Source: Zancudomyces culisetae HAW-14-8 (Eukaryota > Fungi > Kickxellomycota). From it: a stretch of DNA of 64,000 nt. The translations under genes and the position numbers were made by a program. The stretch lies in the NCBI GenBank assembly GCA_052426225.1, contig JBNJNM010000021.1:2790001-2854000 (forward strand). Direction: 5' to 3'. Positions 47,323 through 59,235 of the stretch are shown in pieces (position 1 is the stretch's first letter; every line of letters begins with the position of its first letter). Under the pieces are notes generated by a model. It was not told where the DNA came from and searched no databases. It was given only the letters and a program-made list of their open reading frames with translations.

Positions 47323-47877
47323 TGCTACTTGTTTAAGAGTTTTTTTTTTGTTGTTGTTAAAATACTTTTATAGTGAATCTACAAACGAAGTTTCGTTACA
47401 GGCGGCTAGCTTTTAATGCAGTTTAACTTTTGAGTGTTGTCGAACTTACTAATAGCAGTTTCTTGGCTATTTTTTCTTTATTGTTTTTAAGTGTTGATGC
47501 AATGGATAGTTGTATGTATTGAAAAGTTTAATGATATGATTGTACTGAGAACAACCAAAAAGAGTAGTAGGAAGAAGTACTTGTTGCTTATATAGAAACT
47601 CAAGTGTTTTAATATCAATATACATTTCTGGGCTCTTTTTGAACAATAGCAAATGGTCCATAGTATAGTCATTATTACCTGGATTATGTAAAGCCTTTCT
47701 AAATTTGGATTTTCAGCTGCTAAACTTTTAATATTCTATTTTTAATTCTGTTTATCTATTTTTAGAAGTATCTAAATATGACAAAAGCTCAAAAATAATA
47801 TAGATAGCTGATACATTGCGTAACTGGGACAGTAACCACATTTTCTATTTGTAAAGAAAACTTTATTAGGCTTTTGT

Positions 47878-47970
47878 CTTGAACAAACATATGTTGGGTA
47901 TGGAGTCCCCAGAGGGATGGGAAGAAATTGGTTAGATAAATGTTATACAGGATTTTCTATTTGTAATATT
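47878..47970 (+). repeat. Dispersed repeat copy D
   Basis: cttgaacaaacatatgttgggtatggagtccccagagggatgggaagaaattggttagataa aligns with copies A-C. Confidence 0.65.
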
Positions 47971-48755
47971 AAGTGATATTTACTTAATAACTTTTTTAAT
48001 GATTTTTTTATATAAAAACCTTGTAATGATTAGTAATAGTAACCTGGATTGACCACACAAGACAAAGAAAGTCAAAAAGTTGGAATATGCAAACAACATT
48101 GTACACTACTCTTGTACTTTTTACAAGTATATTTATATAATCGTAGCCTGAACTCATTAATTTCGGCAATAATGTTTCTAATTAAAGAATAACTAGCCTA
48201 TAAATAAAGCATCACTTTTAATGGGCAAAAAAACTGTACACAAAGCATCAACATGAAGTGTGTTTTCTGGCAGTCTCAGTAATCAAAACTTCAGAAAAAC
48301 TAAAAAAAACCATCGCTGTGGATGGTTCATTTAGGGTCTTGAAGATCATAACTGGTCAAATTCCTTGAATTGGAGATAGTGTGTGTCTATAAAGTAAATC
48401 CTATATTGCTTGACTTTGTGAAATTAATTAGAACATCTTGTAACTGTACCAGGGTAGCAACTATATGAACAGATTTCTAGCTAAAAAGATATATCAGATA
48501 TACTCACTGTTAACCACGATGACAAAGTTGTCGTTTATTTTCACTTTTTTAACATCATTTGTGCACTTATGCCCTACAGTATTATCAGAATAAGCTAGAA
48601 TCACAGAGATTTACGATATATTTATTTAATAAATTCATCTAAGCAAACAAAAAAAAAACTAGAACCACACCATTGAGTTTATAGCATTACGATTTGTTAA
48701 CATTTATTTAAGAGCATCAAAACAAAGTAACAAAGTATTGAAATCGGGACCATAG

Positions 48756-49655
48756 TTAAAGCGCTATACGTTGTGACAGGACTCTAGGGGTAATACCAGT
48801 CTCATCAGAAATAAACTTCAAGAAGTATGCAGCTCTAGAGTAATATGCAATAGTGTTAGTTCCGCAATCATTAGAAGCATTTGCATCCTTGTTACCACCT
48901 GTTGATGTCACACCAACTAGTACTTGTTCTCCCCCATATAATGTTACTAGAGGTCCACCCGAATCACCTTGGCAAGAGTCATTTCCATTGTAGCTCTCTT
49001 GACAGAGCAGTGCTCCATAATTGGTTGTCCAGTCATCGTTATAATCTGTACAGTTAGTGCTGCTAGAGATATTCACTACTGTTTTCAGCAAAACATTAGA
49101 TGGTGTAGAGGTACCTGCTTTAGTAACACCCCAACCTGCAACTGTTACTGGTAGTTTATTATATACTCTGAATGGGTAAACCTTGATGGGAGTTGCAACA
49201 CTGCTTGGAACTGATTTTTCTAGCTTGAATAGCGCAACATCGTGAGCAGAATTTGTGGCGTAATCACCTGTGTTAATCTTGACTACGTTGTAATAATCAG
49301 TTCCAGAGTTTGGATCGCCGAGTGAACGGTTTCCAACTACAATTCTGTAACTATCTGGACTCATTTTTGTATTGTTAATAATTGCACAATGACCTGCAGA
49401 GATTATATAGTTTTCAGTAATCAATGATCCAGTACAAACAAATCTATAAGAATTTCCTGACTTTAGAAATATTTGCGCTGCAAATCCGAATTCGTTGCTG
49501 TCAGTCTGAACACCGTTTATGATATTGGTTACAAGGGCTTCATCATTATCTTGGTTTGAATCAGACCTTGGTACCATTCCGCTCCTTACCGCGTATCCTG
49601 AGACATGCATTATGAAGGTTGGGACCAGAGAGATTAATACGCTTGCCAGTCTCAT
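48756..49655 (-). CDS. Secreted trypsin-like serine protease 3 (intact triad)
   Basis: Signal peptide, N|IINGV, ISAGHC, HDVALFKL and NDSCQGDSGGP. Confidence 0.95.
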   Translation of the reverse strand: MRLASVLISLVPTFIMHVSGYAVRSGMVPRSDSNQDNDEALVTNIINGVQTDSNEFGFAAQIFLKSGNSYRFVCTGSLITENYIISAGHCAIINNTKMSPDSYRIVVGNRSLGDPNSGTDYYNVVKINTGDYATNSAHDVALFKLEKSVPSSVATPIKVYPFRVYNKLPVTVAGWGVTKAGTSTPSNVLLKTVVNISSSTNCTDYNDDWTTNYGALLCQESYNGNDSCQGDSGGPLVTLYGGEQVLVGVTSTGGNKDANASNDCGTNTIAYYSRAAYFLKFISDETGITPRVLSQRIAL

Positions 49656-50519
49656 TTTATGCTTGATATTATGCTTTTGTTATATTGATGAAAAGTATGA
49701 ACTTAATTGATGAACTTTGCGTATGGTTTAATTGAGATTTTAAAAATTATTCTCTAAAGAGCACAATGCGCTTATATATGGCCAAAAGTTGGTGAAAAAA
49801 AAACTTTTGGTTTGTTACTGATTAAATGCGGTGAATAATGAATGAATATTTTTACTTGGGTTTTTCTTCGTTATCCCATTTATAGTTTTTACCCAAATCC
49901 GATTTTGGAGATATTTTGAAAGTTACATTTAATTGTAAAATTAAAAACAGCACACCTAATGTATAAATAGAAACAAATTATAATTTGCTGGTTCGGGATT
50001 TTTAAGTGCTTCTGTACTACAATTAGTAAATTATTATAAAAATACCGTTTACTCTTTTAATTTGTGCTATTTTTTCCTCCTAAAAAATCCACATTATTGA
50101 ACTATCATTACAGAATAACCATGCTATAACATAATTGATAAGAAGGCAAACATTACCATCGCTTAATCTTGATCAAAATTGTAGATTTAATTTGGTGTAT
50201 TTCGATAGAAGTGGCTGTGAGTATTGTCCGTATGTACAGCCATATATCAGGGATTGGAAAATTAAGAATAGGATGGTTGGTAGATAAGAGAATAGGCGAT
50301 TCGATTTTAACCCCGGGCTTATTTCCCATTTTTACCTAGTTTATGGATGCTATTCATTTCCAAACCGAAAATCAAAATAACCAGAAAAAGGTATTGGTGT
50401 GTGTCTTAGTACATAATACATGTTATTATACTATTACAGTTCATCTTTATATCAACTTCAGCCTTTATTAAATTGCTGTGCACTATGATGTGACATGTAC
50501 AAATAAATATACAAACTTT

Positions 50520-52437
50520 CTAGGTGAATAAATCATCCCGAACATTACAATAAACAACACCATTACTGAAACTGGTACTACCAGCGCCAAATGTGCTCAT
50601 TCCTATGTAGTTTACTGGAGGAACATTGTTTAGTGCCAGACTTTTCAAATGAGCAAGATCAACCGTTTTATTTTCGGCTGTAACAGTTTTCTCAAATGAA
50701 TTAAGAAATAAGTTGGAAAGAGTTTCAAAATCGTCAGACGTGTTAAAATCCAAACTAATGTGGTTTTTCAGTTCAGTTTGCAGTACCAGCCCGGATCCTA
50801 TCTTTATGGAGTGTTTTGACTTGTAGATGTAAAATGGAATTACGTTTTCCTGCTCTGGAGTTGATTGTTTGGCACTGTCTTCTTGCTTGTTACCCACAGT
50901 AGTGGTTTTTTTAAATACAGGCAAAGGATCTGATATTATTTCTATGTTTTTGTTTTCTTCAAACAAAAAATAAGAAAAATTCTCAGGTAAAGGTGTTGAT
51001 AGTGTGGAATCCATAGACGGGTTTATTTTATCTGCTGTTCCAGCTGTGCTCTTTGCTTTGGAGCTAGGTGTTTTGACGTCAAAGGCATATGTCGTTGTTG
51101 TCTTTTTATCAGCCTCTAGATTTTTCTCATTTTCTTTGGCCAAGGTGATTATTTCAGATATTGTGATAACCTGCGACTTCTTGTTTGAATTTATAAAATT
51201 TAAATCCAGTTGGCCATTGCCGTATTTTGATCCCGAATGCACTTGTTCAAGTTGTGTTCTTGTTGTGCTTGCATTACTATCTATATTCTCGGTTTCACCC
51301 GCTATACTTTTGTTGTCTTTTACTACCTCTGCTTTATCAGCTGATGCACCAATGGACTCATCGCTATTTCTCCTTTCGAGCGCATTCCCAGGTTTAATCG
51401 AATTACCTGGGCTATATACGTTATCTGTAGCACTTTTTTTGTTTGATGAGTAGTCTACTTGGGTAATTTCTGTATCCGCTACCGACTTATCTGGCTTGTA
51501 TTTGGACGAGCCGCCATTAAAACTGATGTTCGGAACGTAACTTTTGTAGTCCATCGAAATCATAAGTGGTTGTTCAATTGCGGCATAAGTATCTGTGTTG
51601 AGATCGCCAAAATTTGTATACAGCGCCCTGGTCTTTATCTGGTTGCTAATATATTCTGTACAAGTCTGAATATCGAATATTTCTGGGTTGAATATTTTAC
51701 TTTCTGGCTTGTAAATGCCACTAAAGCGGTTAGACAATATAATTTTTACTTTTCGTGAGGTTATACTTGGGTACGAGGATAGATATACAGCCAGCAGTTT
51801 TGATAAATCTGTATCTTCAAGACCAGTATCTGTTGAAGCACCACTAATACCAGCCGAAGATAGGAATCCTGTGATTATAAATGATCCATTAGAGTCTTCA
51901 CAGGGATTTCTTATGTACTGCACAGAGTTATATGACTGGCATATCTCTTGGATTTTTTCATCTTTTCCAAATGCAGTAGGATGGGCATTGGTGGGGTTAT
52001 ATGGTTGTGATTGTGATTGTGATTGTTTTACCTTTGCTTTACTTTTACTTGCAGCTGGTGAGCGGGATGTTGACTTTTTTCTTTTGGAGTCTTTACTCTC
52101 ACTTTTTTTAGAAGTACCAGCTGTTTTGTCTTGGATAGGTGGGGTGAAAAACGTAGGTTCTATAACGAGATCGTCAAGTTCAAATACATGGTTTGATGAA
52201 ACAGTTGATAAATCTATTCTTCCACCTGCAGATTGTGTTTGCAAGCTCAGTTCTGTAAAGTTGTAGAGATCCTCAAGCCTATATACAAAGGTTGGATATT
52301 TTATCAGTTTTGTTACATTCTGGGCCCACTCTTTTCGTTTATACAAGTCATTTGATGTACCTGTAGTATATTCATATTGAAAACTTGTTTGGTAACACTA
52401 ATATAGTACTTATCAAGGTAAGTTGAAACGCTCTCAT
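50520..52437 (-). CDS. Hypothetical protein, possibly kinetochore CENP-L/Fta1; exons 52437-52410 and 52360-50520
   Basis: A 49-nt GT..CTACAG intron (52409-52361) gives the in-frame start MRAFQLTLISTSNDLY. TFVYRLEDLYNF, KVKIILSNRF, NHISLDF and GMSTFGAGSTSFSNGVV resemble CENP-L/Fta1 blocks. The gene itself is well supported; the family call is tentative. Confidence 0.5.
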
Positions 52438-52933
52438 TTTAAAGTATACTGGTTAATTCGAAAACAATCATTTGCGATGGCAAATAAGAAGACTGTGTTT
52501 TTGAAAAGATGAAGCGTAAAAAAACACGTTTACCCGCATATTTATAGTCATTGTTCCTAAACTTAAGATATAGTTAGCACATAACTAAAGCTTTTAAAAA
52601 CCAAAAAAATTATAAACCATGAATACATCAACATAGCAAAGAATTAACTATGTTTGGGTAAATCATGATTAGCTAGAAAGAATTGGCAGCGGAAAAAGGT
52701 GAGAAACTCGGGAGTTTTGAGTAAAAATTGACCAAAAACGCAATAATGAGTATTATTTCCATCACATGCGCATCTTTAGACCACTTAGTTTGCCAAGTAA
52801 GTGAAATAAGGTGCATGTATGATCTTCAGACTTATAAGCGTATAAAAATAAGTAGATAAAATACAAATCGTATGATTATGAGCAAGTGAATTGCATGGTG
52901 AGAGGATGAGGGGGGAGAGTAAAGAAAAAGCGT

Positions 52934-54940
52934 CTAAAATGATAAGATTTTGTTTAGAGCGGCAAACACAATAGATGCGTATTCTTCAGACTTCAACTCC
53001 CAACTGATCTGCAATAAATTCAGAAATTTTTCATCGCCACGAGATTCTAGAGGAGGAATTTTTATAGAGACACCACACCAAAACAAAGATGTGTGAATTT
53101 GATGACTAGTGGCAATGTTTGTCAATGATTTTGCACTTGAATCAGGCTTAAACTTTTTATTCGCAGTTTCCTCACTATCCTCACCACTATCAGCTGAATC
53201 ATTCTGAGAAGCCAATGACGAGGACAAAAAATTTCCAGAAATCCCAAAAGATTGAAGCAGAGTGTCATGCAATAACAAGATGAGTTTCGACTCTGGGTTG
53301 TCGCTATCTTGTAAACCAAACTTTGATTTAAGCTTTATACCATCAAAATGCCGGAAGGTAGAGAAATAGAAAATAGGCAAAGGCAAGTTGGATGAACTAC
53401 CACTTGATGGGACAGAGGATGATGGATTGATCGAGTCTGTAGACACTAAACGAATGGTATTGTCTGTGGAATCTCTGACTAAAACAGCTTCAAACGGAAT
53501 GCTGCATAAAGGAATAGATTCAACCCAGTCATGATTTGTGCTCCTACTATTCAAATAGGCAGCTCTTACAGCTTCGCTCGAGACAAACGTTTTGACCAAG
53601 TCGTCAACATCAATGTCTAGCATTTCACCGTTCGCTGGAAAAAAGCAAGGAAGATGAAATTCTTCTTTAATCTTTGAATGAAGAAACTCCATTCGCGATT
53701 TCTCTCCATGAACCAAGACAACATTTTTGGGACTGGCGTGGCGAATAAGTTCCATGATTCCTTTAGCATCAGCGTGAGCACTAAAAGAAAGGTTTTCAAC
53801 ACGCAAGTTAACATTGACCTTGGTAAATGGATCAACATCTACCTGTTTATCCCCGTTAAGCACTTTAGCTCCAACCGTGTTTGCAACACAATATCCGGGA
53901 ATAATAAGCATATTTTTAGGATCAGGTGCCCACTTCTTGAAGATTTCTAGGGACATTCCGATATGAAGCATGCCTGGAGTTGCAAAAGTCACCATTGGCC
54001 CAGGTAGATCCATATATTCATGTTTCCACGGTTTGATATACTTGAAATCGAACGGATTCCGTTTTACATATGAGTTCTTAACTTTTTGATTTGTCCAGTT
54101 AATAAAAAGCTTGTAGAATCTATTGGCTTTTTCTGTCAGACCCGCAGAGAAGTAAACAGGTACGGTGAGCCCCATCCTTTCCCAATACGTTTCCACCAAA
54201 ATACAAAGCTCCTGCGCCCTCCCCAACGCAAAGCAGGGAATTAGCACTTTCCCCCCATTCTTTACACAGCTGTGAACCTTTTCTAAAAAGTCTCGCTCTC
54301 TAGCTCTTTTTGAATCGCGAATTGTTGTTCCATAAGTAGATTCAGTTATTAAAACAGTAGGCTTAATCCTATCTACCCAAGCAGCGCCCAAATGCCTATC
54401 AGGAGTCATGTTATAATCCCCCGTGTACAAAACCGACTCATTTCCGCATTTTGCGTAAACCATAGCTGCACCTAGCACATGTCCAGCATAGTACGCTCGT
54501 AATTCCAGTTCTTCATCTACCATTATTGTTTCGTGTAAGTTCATCGTTACCACTTTGTTCATACAATCTCGGATATTCTGGGTAGTAAAAAAATTAGTCT
54601 CGCCCTTTTTTTCCACTGTAATTTTCCTATAGTCTTCAAGTAGAATAGGACATATTGCCTTGGTTGGTGCTGTCATATATATTGGCCCATCGTATCCCAG
54701 CTGCTCAGTGAAATGTGGCAGTGCTCCACAATGATCTAAATGAAAGTGGGTTATTACGAGAGCGTCGATTCGTTCCGTGAAACTCCCTGCTCCAGCTATA
54801 AGAGAAAAATCTGGAAATCTTTTTTCATCATTGTGACCCATGTGCATTCCGCAGTCAAACATTATGGTCTTATTGTTTAGTGTTACTATGACACAGGACT
54901 TGCCAACATCCTGGCCTGCTCCCAAGGGTATTATTTTCAT
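52934..54940 (-). CDS. INTS11: Integrator complex subunit 11 (CPSF73-like beta-CASP endonuclease)
   Basis: INTS11-diagnostic segments [87 protein letters not shown] and C-terminal [15 protein letters not shown]. Confidence 0.95.
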   Translation of the reverse strand: MKIIPLGAGQDVGKSCVIVTLNNKTIMFDCGMHMGHNDEKRFPDFSLIAGAGSFTERIDALVITHFHLDHCGALPHFTEQLGYDGPIYMTAPTKAICPILLEDYRKITVEKKGETNFFTTQNIRDCMNKVVTMNLHETIMVDEELELRAYYAGHVLGAAMVYAKCGNESVLYTGDYNMTPDRHLGAAWVDRIKPTVLITESTYGTTIRDSKRARERDFLEKVHSCVKNGGKVLIPCFALGRAQELCILVETYWERMGLTVPVYFSAGLTEKANRFYKLFINWTNQKVKNSYVKRNPFDFKYIKPWKHEYMDLPGPMVTFATPGMLHIGMSLEIFKKWAPDPKNMLIIPGYCVANTVGAKVLNGDKQVDVDPFTKVNVNLRVENLSFSAHADAKGIMELIRHASPKNVVLVHGEKSRMEFLHSKIKEEFHLPCFFPANGEMLDIDVDDLVKTFVSSEAVRAAYLNSRSTNHDWVESIPLCSIPFEAVLVRDSTDNTIRLVSTDSINPSSSVPSSGSSSNLPLPIFYFSTFRHFDGIKLKSKFGLQDSDNPESKLILLLHDTLLQSFGISGNFLSSSLASQNDSADSGEDSEETANKKFKPDSSAKSLTNIATSHQIHTSLFWCGVSIKIPPLESRGDEKFLNLLQISWELKSEEYASIVFAALNKILSF

Positions 54941-55288
54941 CTATAATTCCAAATCTAAGGTAAAATACTTTATTTGTGGACTTGTGTAATTAAGCAAAGC
55001 GTTTATAGTAGAATTGGTTAAAAGTAGGTGCGTTTTTTTTGATTTATTTACTTTTAATTTATTTGCATTTCCGGGAAAATCATGAAATTTGAAATTAAAT
55101 CCAAATCCAAATCCAAATATTTGGGTTGAAATGGTAGAGTGAAGGTAGAGTGTTCATAGTGGTGAACAGAATTCTATAAACGCCTCAAACAAGCTGTAGG
55201 CCACACTTCCAATTTTATTTACAGTAATACAATTACATCTCCGAATATAATAAAAATGATCCAAAAGCCTCATACTCTGGCTAAACCT

Positions 55289-57645
55289 TTAATTGAAAAT
55301 GTTTTTGTAAAACTCTATCATCTCAGGGGTAATCCGCTTTTTGAAGCCAGAAAGTGCTTTTTTGAAGTGTCTGATATCAACACATTCGTTATCAAAGTCT
55401 TCATCAATGGCACAGATCGCGGATTCTTGACAAAGACTAACAACCTCAGCACCAGAAAATCCGTCACATAGATGGGCCAACTCCTCAGCCTTTACAGCTG
55501 ATTCATTAATCGACATCTTTTTAAACTGGATATTAAATATTGAGCACCGAGCTTGATAGTCAGGAGGAGGTACATATATAATATGGTCAAATCTCCCGGG
55601 TCTTAGCAAAGCTGGATCAATGATATCGGGTCTGTTTGTAGCAGCAACAACAATAACGTTAGTTAGACTGTCTATACCATCGAGCTCGATCAAAAGTTGC
55701 GATAAAACCCTGTCGTTCACACTAGAACCAGAATCTGATCCACTTCGTTTTATCGATAAGGAATCAATCTCATCGAAAAAGATGATTGAAGGCGAGGCTT
55801 GTCTGGCAAGTTTGAATACGCGTTTCACAGCTTTTTCCGACTCGCCTACATATTTATTGAATAGCTCCGGCCCCTTCACAGCAATAAAATTCAGCTTCGA
55901 CTCAGTCGCCAGTGCTTTGGCTACTAGTGTCTTGCTACACCCAGGGGGTCCATACAACATTATCCCTTTTGTTGGGGTAATTCCCATTTGCCGCAACCTG
56001 TCAGCGTGTTTGAGCGGCCACTCAACCGTTTCCTGTAAAAGCTGCTTTAACTCATCCTGACCGCCAATATCTGACCAGTGAACATTGGGAATATCCAACT
56101 GGATTTCACGCATGCTACTTGGTTTTATCTCTGGCATGGCTACCACAAAATCGTCGATGGTTAGAAAAAGTTCGCTGAGTGGCTTCGGCGACTTACTGTG
56201 TCGCTTTATCGCCCTTACTCCAGCCTCAGTACACAGTGCCATTATATCTGCTCCCACAAACCCGTGCAATCCAGCGCTGATTTCTTTAAACTGCGAGTCT
56301 GTGAGAATGTTTGGTACATTTGCTAGTAGTACTTGCAGGATCTCACAACGCTCAGATTCATTGGGTACACCGATCTCGACTTCTCTGTCAAATCTACCCG
56401 GCCTCCGTAGAGCCTCGTCAATTGCACTGGGTCTATTGGTTGCTGCAATGACTACAACCTTGCTGTTTGCCGTTGCAAGTCCATCCATAAGCGTCAGGAG
56501 CGTGGTTACTATCCGTTTTCCTGTCTGAGTGGTATTTCGGTCGTCTCTACTTGGACATATGGCATCTATTTCATCAATAAATATCACACTAGGTGAATTC
56601 TCGGCAGCCTCTTCAAAGATTTTCACGAGTTTCTGCTCCGCCTCACCATAGTATTTATTGTTGATCTCTGTCCCATCAACTATAACCACATTTGCATGTG
56701 TTTCCTCAGCCACAGCTTTTGCTATTAAGCTTTTTCCTGTTCCTGGTGGGCCGTAAAGAAGCACTCCACGTGGTGGCGCGATCCCATGTTTTTCGAATAT
56801 TTCGCTTTTCAACAGCGGTAGTTCTACAACTTCCCTAACTTGTTCCACTTGCTTACTTAATCCCCCAATCCTATTATAACCCCCGTTTTTCGTGCCTTGT
56901 TGTATCTTTTTCAGTAATTTATTTTCAAGCACTTTTGTAGTTTCGTCGATTTTGAAATATCCACTCAGTTCATCACTAGAAACTATTTTGCTCAAAAGCT
57001 TTTTCCCGCCAAGGCTAAATTCAAACTCGTAGTTTGTGTTCAACACAGGCCGCTTTACTATGTTTATATTTATATTTATATTTATATAGAAACAGTGGAT
57101 AAATAAAAACAATAAGTATGAAACTCTAATCCACCAAGCCAATTTAACTTTTCTTACTCCACACCAAAATTCTAAGTGACTTACTTAATTCTTCTTTGAT
57201 CCGTTCGAGAACCTTGGCATTAAGCACCATTTGCTCATTGTCGAGAAGTTCAACTTTTATCGTCTTTGATACAATTACTTTCTCTGTAATGCTGCCCAAT
57301 TTAACCTTTTCGCCTATTTTGCACTTCAAATTCGACCTGATAATACCATTTAACTGAATCTCCTTTGGCTTAGCCGTAAACGAAGGCCAAGCAACTCCAC
57401 CATATCGTTCTTCGCCCTAAATCAAAAAATCAATTACCGTTAAATCCTCATCCTTGTTAAAAACTATTGTCTACCTGTATGAAATCCAGACAGCTAACCC
57501 CTACCTTCAAAACTGAAACTAATTCTCCAGCACACAATCCATATTGCCTCATTTCTTCGATCCCTACATAAATTATACAGTACTCATCCTCCTTCTCCAC
57601 CTCTCTTTGGCCCACAGTAAAATTGACATTATCTTTAAGCACCAT
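55289..57645 (-). CDS. AFG2: Double-AAA ATPase Afg2/Drg1 (SPATA5); exons 57645-57505, 57416-57185, 57057-55289
   Basis: Two Walker A motifs (GPPGTGKS and GPPGCSKT), KGPELFNKYVGESE and ALLRPGRFD. Two GT-AG introns restore an N-domain (..GGVAWPS..). Confidence 0.88.
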
Positions 57646-57930
57646 TCTATTATGACTACTCCTAGTTTTTCTTTATTTATTATTTGTTTTGAAAAGAAGG
57701 TTGTAATGGAACCTATAAAAAAGCATATCGAAAGAGCTAAATTGGAACAACTTTTTCTATTTTTCAAAAAATTTGACTTTGGATCAGTCCAATTACATTG
57801 ACTTGATCCAATAGTGTGCTTTTCAGTTTGTAGTGCTTTTTAGAACTGAAGTGCTTTATCCGATTACAAATTAGAGCGAAAAAAAAAGATATATAAATAC
57901 CACTGTTGACTTCAAAATATCAACACAAGT

Positions 57931-59235
57931 TTAAATTTTGGCATTAATAGTATTTCTCTTTAGATATTTCTTAACTTCAGATCTTCCAAGTTGGAAAAGA
58001 TGTACTTCATCCGGTCCATCAGCAATTCGCAGAGTTCGGGTGTTTGCATACATGCTAGCAAGTGGTGTATCTGGACCCACGCCCATTGCACCATGTGCCT
58101 GTATCGCTCTGTCAATAACCTTCAATGCAGCACTAGGTGCGTACACTTTAGCCATGGCAATCTCTTTTTTGGCTTTAGCAGCACCGTAAAGATCGATTTT
58201 GTGGGCTGCATCTAAAACTAAATGCCTAGCTACATCAATTTCGATTCTTGATTTAGCTATCCACTCCAGGATGACTCTGTTTTCTGCAAGAGGCTTGTTC
58301 TGAACCTTCCTACTTATAACTCGACCCAACATTGTATCCAATGCTCTTTCGGCCACCCCAATGGTTCTCATCGCATGATGAATTCTTCCTGGTCCCAACC
58401 TTCCCTGCACAATTTCAAAGCCTCTACCTTCTCCAAGTATCATGTTTTCTTTGGGGATAAATACATTGTTGAACTCTACTTCAGAATGTCCCTTTGGTGC
58501 TCCATCATATCCAAATACTGGTAGCACTCTCACAATTCTAACTCCAGGGCTATCTACTGGAACGACTACCACACTATGTTGGTTATGAATCTGTTTGATT
58601 CCGTCCTCTACATAGTCATTTTTTAACTCTGTGCTGGTACTACCACCACTACGCACCATTACTATAAATATCCTAGTTTCTGGATTGCTAGAACCAGAAA
58701 TCCACCATTTTCTTCCATTAACAATGTATCCGCCTTGGGTCTGTGTCAGTCTGCAATCAATGTTTACGGCATCTGAGGATGCTACTGCCGGCTCTGTCAT
58801 AGCAAACGCACTTCTGATCTCACCGTTCATCAATGGAGTCAACCATTTGTCCTTTTGTTGCTGATTTCCATACTTTGCCAGAACTTCCATATTACCGGTA
58901 TCCGGAGCACTGCAGTTGGTTGCGACACTTGCTAGATACCCCGATCTGCCCATAATTTCACACAAGTGTGAGTACTCATAGTTGGTGAGTCCTGGGCTTT
59001 CTTTGTATTCTTTAGGTAGAAACAAGTTCCACAAACCCAATCTTTTGGCTTTTGCCTTTAGCTCTGCCATGACTGGTGGTATCTTTTCCCACCTTTCAGC
59101 GCCCACTCCTAATTCACGTTTGTATCTCTGCTCGTTTGGAATACAGTCTTCCTCAACAAACTTTTTCAAAACGTCGAGCATTTTGACAACTCTCGGAGAA
59201 AGCGGAGGAGGTGGTGGTGTTGAGGTGATCGCCAT
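57931..59235 (-). CDS. Acyl-CoA dehydrogenase, ACAD10/ACAD11 family
   Basis: Motifs GLWNLFLP, NCSAPDTGNMEVL, SAFAMTEPAVASSDA, QGRLGPGRIHHAMR and RTLRIADGPDEVH. C-terminal AKI may be a PTS1-like signal. Confidence 0.95.
   Translation of the reverse strand: MAITSTPPPPPLSPRVVKMLDVLKKFVEEDCIPNEQRYKRELGVGAERWEKIPPVMAELKAKAKRLGLWNLFLPKEYKESPGLTNYEYSHLCEIMGRSGYLASVATNCSAPDTGNMEVLAKYGNQQQKDKWLTPLMNGEIRSAFAMTEPAVASSDAVNIDCRLTQTQGGYIVNGRKWWISGSSNPETRIFIVMVRSGGSTSTELKNDYVEDGIKQIHNQHSVVVVPVDSPGVRIVRVLPVFGYDGAPKGHSEVEFNNVFIPKENMILGEGRGFEIVQGRLGPGRIHHAMRTIGVAERALDTMLGRVISRKVQNKPLAENRVILEWIAKSRIEIDVARHLVLDAAHKIDLYGAAKAKKEIAMAKVYAPSAALKVIDRAIQAHGAMGVGPDTPLASMYANTRTLRIADGPDEVHLFQLGRSEVKKYLKRNTINAKI

Noticed and set aside
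57058-57142. Hydrophobic N-terminus (MAWWIRVSYLLFLF..) of the AAA ATPase ORF suggesting a membrane anchor
   Set aside because: It is intron sequence (57184-57058). Splicing to upstream exons gives a normal Afg2 N-domain.
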